NCBI GenBank assembly: GCA_024704765.1
Contig: JAKMXF010000061.1
Coordinates: 1 to 64,000 of the forward strand
Reading direction: 5' to 3'
DNA from: Oopsacas minuta
Lineage: Eukaryota > Animalia > Porifera
Length of the DNA stretch: 64,000 nucleotides
Part shown: piece after piece, positions 62,809 to 64,000 of the stretch
Position numbering within the stretch: position 1 is the stretch's first letter
How the letters are laid out: every line of letters starts with the position of its first letter
Translations under genes and position numbers: made by a program
Notes under the pieces: generated by a model
What the model was told of the DNA's origin: nothing
The model's input: only the letters and a program-made list of their open reading frames with translations
The model's database searches: none

Positions 62809-63591
62809 CTCCTTTAATAATGGATCAAAACTTGATCCATTACCTGAAAACCCAGCCCAACGAGTTCCAGTAGGGCCCAAAAACACCCAAATATCTATAT
62901 TAAATAACAACGAAGTTGCAAATATCTCTAAGTCAGTAGCCCATTTCCCAACCTTATTCATGCCCATTTTATTTACCCAATCCTGAATCTTCCTAAAATT
63001 ATTTTGAGTATAAACATACTTAGTACGCAAAAACGCATTACAACTCGCACTTAATTTACCAAGCATGTTTTCAACGATAATTGCCCGTAATTCTTTATGA
63101 TAGGTTTTACTACCTGTTATTAGATAAGAAATTATAGAAAAATAACAGTTTCCATCACCTGATATTGTTTCTGTTGTTCCGGGATTATATACATATAATC
63201 CTTCACCATTATCAATTAAATTATCTAAAGAATAGACAATCTGATTACTATAATGTAGTTTCCATTTCTTACAGGTAGCAATTTTCCATTCAACGTGTGG
63301 TGGACGAAAGCTTGGTATAATATATCGTATTATACTTGACTCTACCAATTCTTCATCAGTAATTATTGACGCAGTCTTAATTTCTGGTGATTTGCAAATC
63401 TTACGTAACGTAGACAACTTCTGACGCTTAATAGGAATCAATTTATCTTTTACTACAATTTTATCTCTATTAAATTGAGGAAATTCATATGTTTTCGACT
63501 TGAAATAGCCACAATGCTGTTTCTTTCTCCTGGACCATTCTTCACTACATTTTTCTTCTGAAATATCTCTTATTCGCTTACGACCTTTCAA
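62809..63591 (-). pseudogene. OTU-like cysteine protease domain ORF, C-terminally truncated, probably transposon-borne
   Basis: ISGDGNCYFSIISYLITG...HKELRA.IVENM and GKWATDLEIFATSLLFNIDIWVF. The catalytic His region is missing where the ORF runs into T7. Confidence 0.7.
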
Positions 63592-64000
63592 AATTTTATT
63601 AGCTCTGGGATGAAAAGCAAAATTGAAAGCGGAAATTCTACTACTCTAATGAAATCTCCAGGCCTCAAATTTGATTTCGAATTCAAAATATCTAATTTAA
63701 CTATACACATCCAGTTCTCTACAATAGCGTTACTATAACACGAATAATTATTTCCAACTGAAACACTGTGGGGCCTAATATAATACCACTCCATAATACA
63801 ACGTACCAGATATCCAAAGGAATACAAAAACAACTTTCTCACTTCTTTATTTAACTTAAATTTCCTATTAATGTGAAAGCCAATACCATGCATTATATGG
63901 GCAGAACATAAATGGAGAATCAATTTTAATTCTAGTTCCTGATTGGCAGAATTTGTATTCGCTCTATTCCAACATTTATCAAGATATGTATCGATATCAC

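Noticed and set aside
1-64000. rRNA, tRNA, CRISPR arrays or prokaryotic operons
   Set aside because: None seen; the sequence is eukaryotic with spliceosomal introns.

Overview
AT-rich animal (metazoan) genomic DNA from a draft assembly, with a 429-N gap at 14705-15133 and single Ns at 12177 and 53519 that look like contig joins. Only one host gene is recognisable, core-binding factor beta (CBFB). Its exon 1 (15639-16076) lies about 15 kb DOWNSTREAM of what reads as its terminal exon (786-956). The rest is largely nested, decayed transposons: seven RAG1-core/Transib-superfamily transposase remnants from several divergent families (one full-length, 17545-20741, with terminal inverted repeats (TIRs) starting with the RSS heptamer CACAGTG), two THAP/P-element-like elements, three hAT elements, a two-ORF PIF/Harbinger, Tc1/mariner elements (DD34E x2 with one intact, DD35E x2, DD37D, mariner DD34D x2), a Chapaev3-like fragment, a pogo fragment, three Ty3/Gypsy remnants, a LINE fragment and an OTU-domain ORF. 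A THAP/P transposase is split by the RAG1-like element, and its two halves are also in reversed order, each carrying the same CAGCTC duplication. Blocks 1-12176, 12178-14704 and 15134-20741 are therefore either mis-ordered by the assembler or genuinely rearranged at RAG1-like element ends. The species cannot be determined from sequence alone. All homology calls are from motif recognition by eye; no searches were run.
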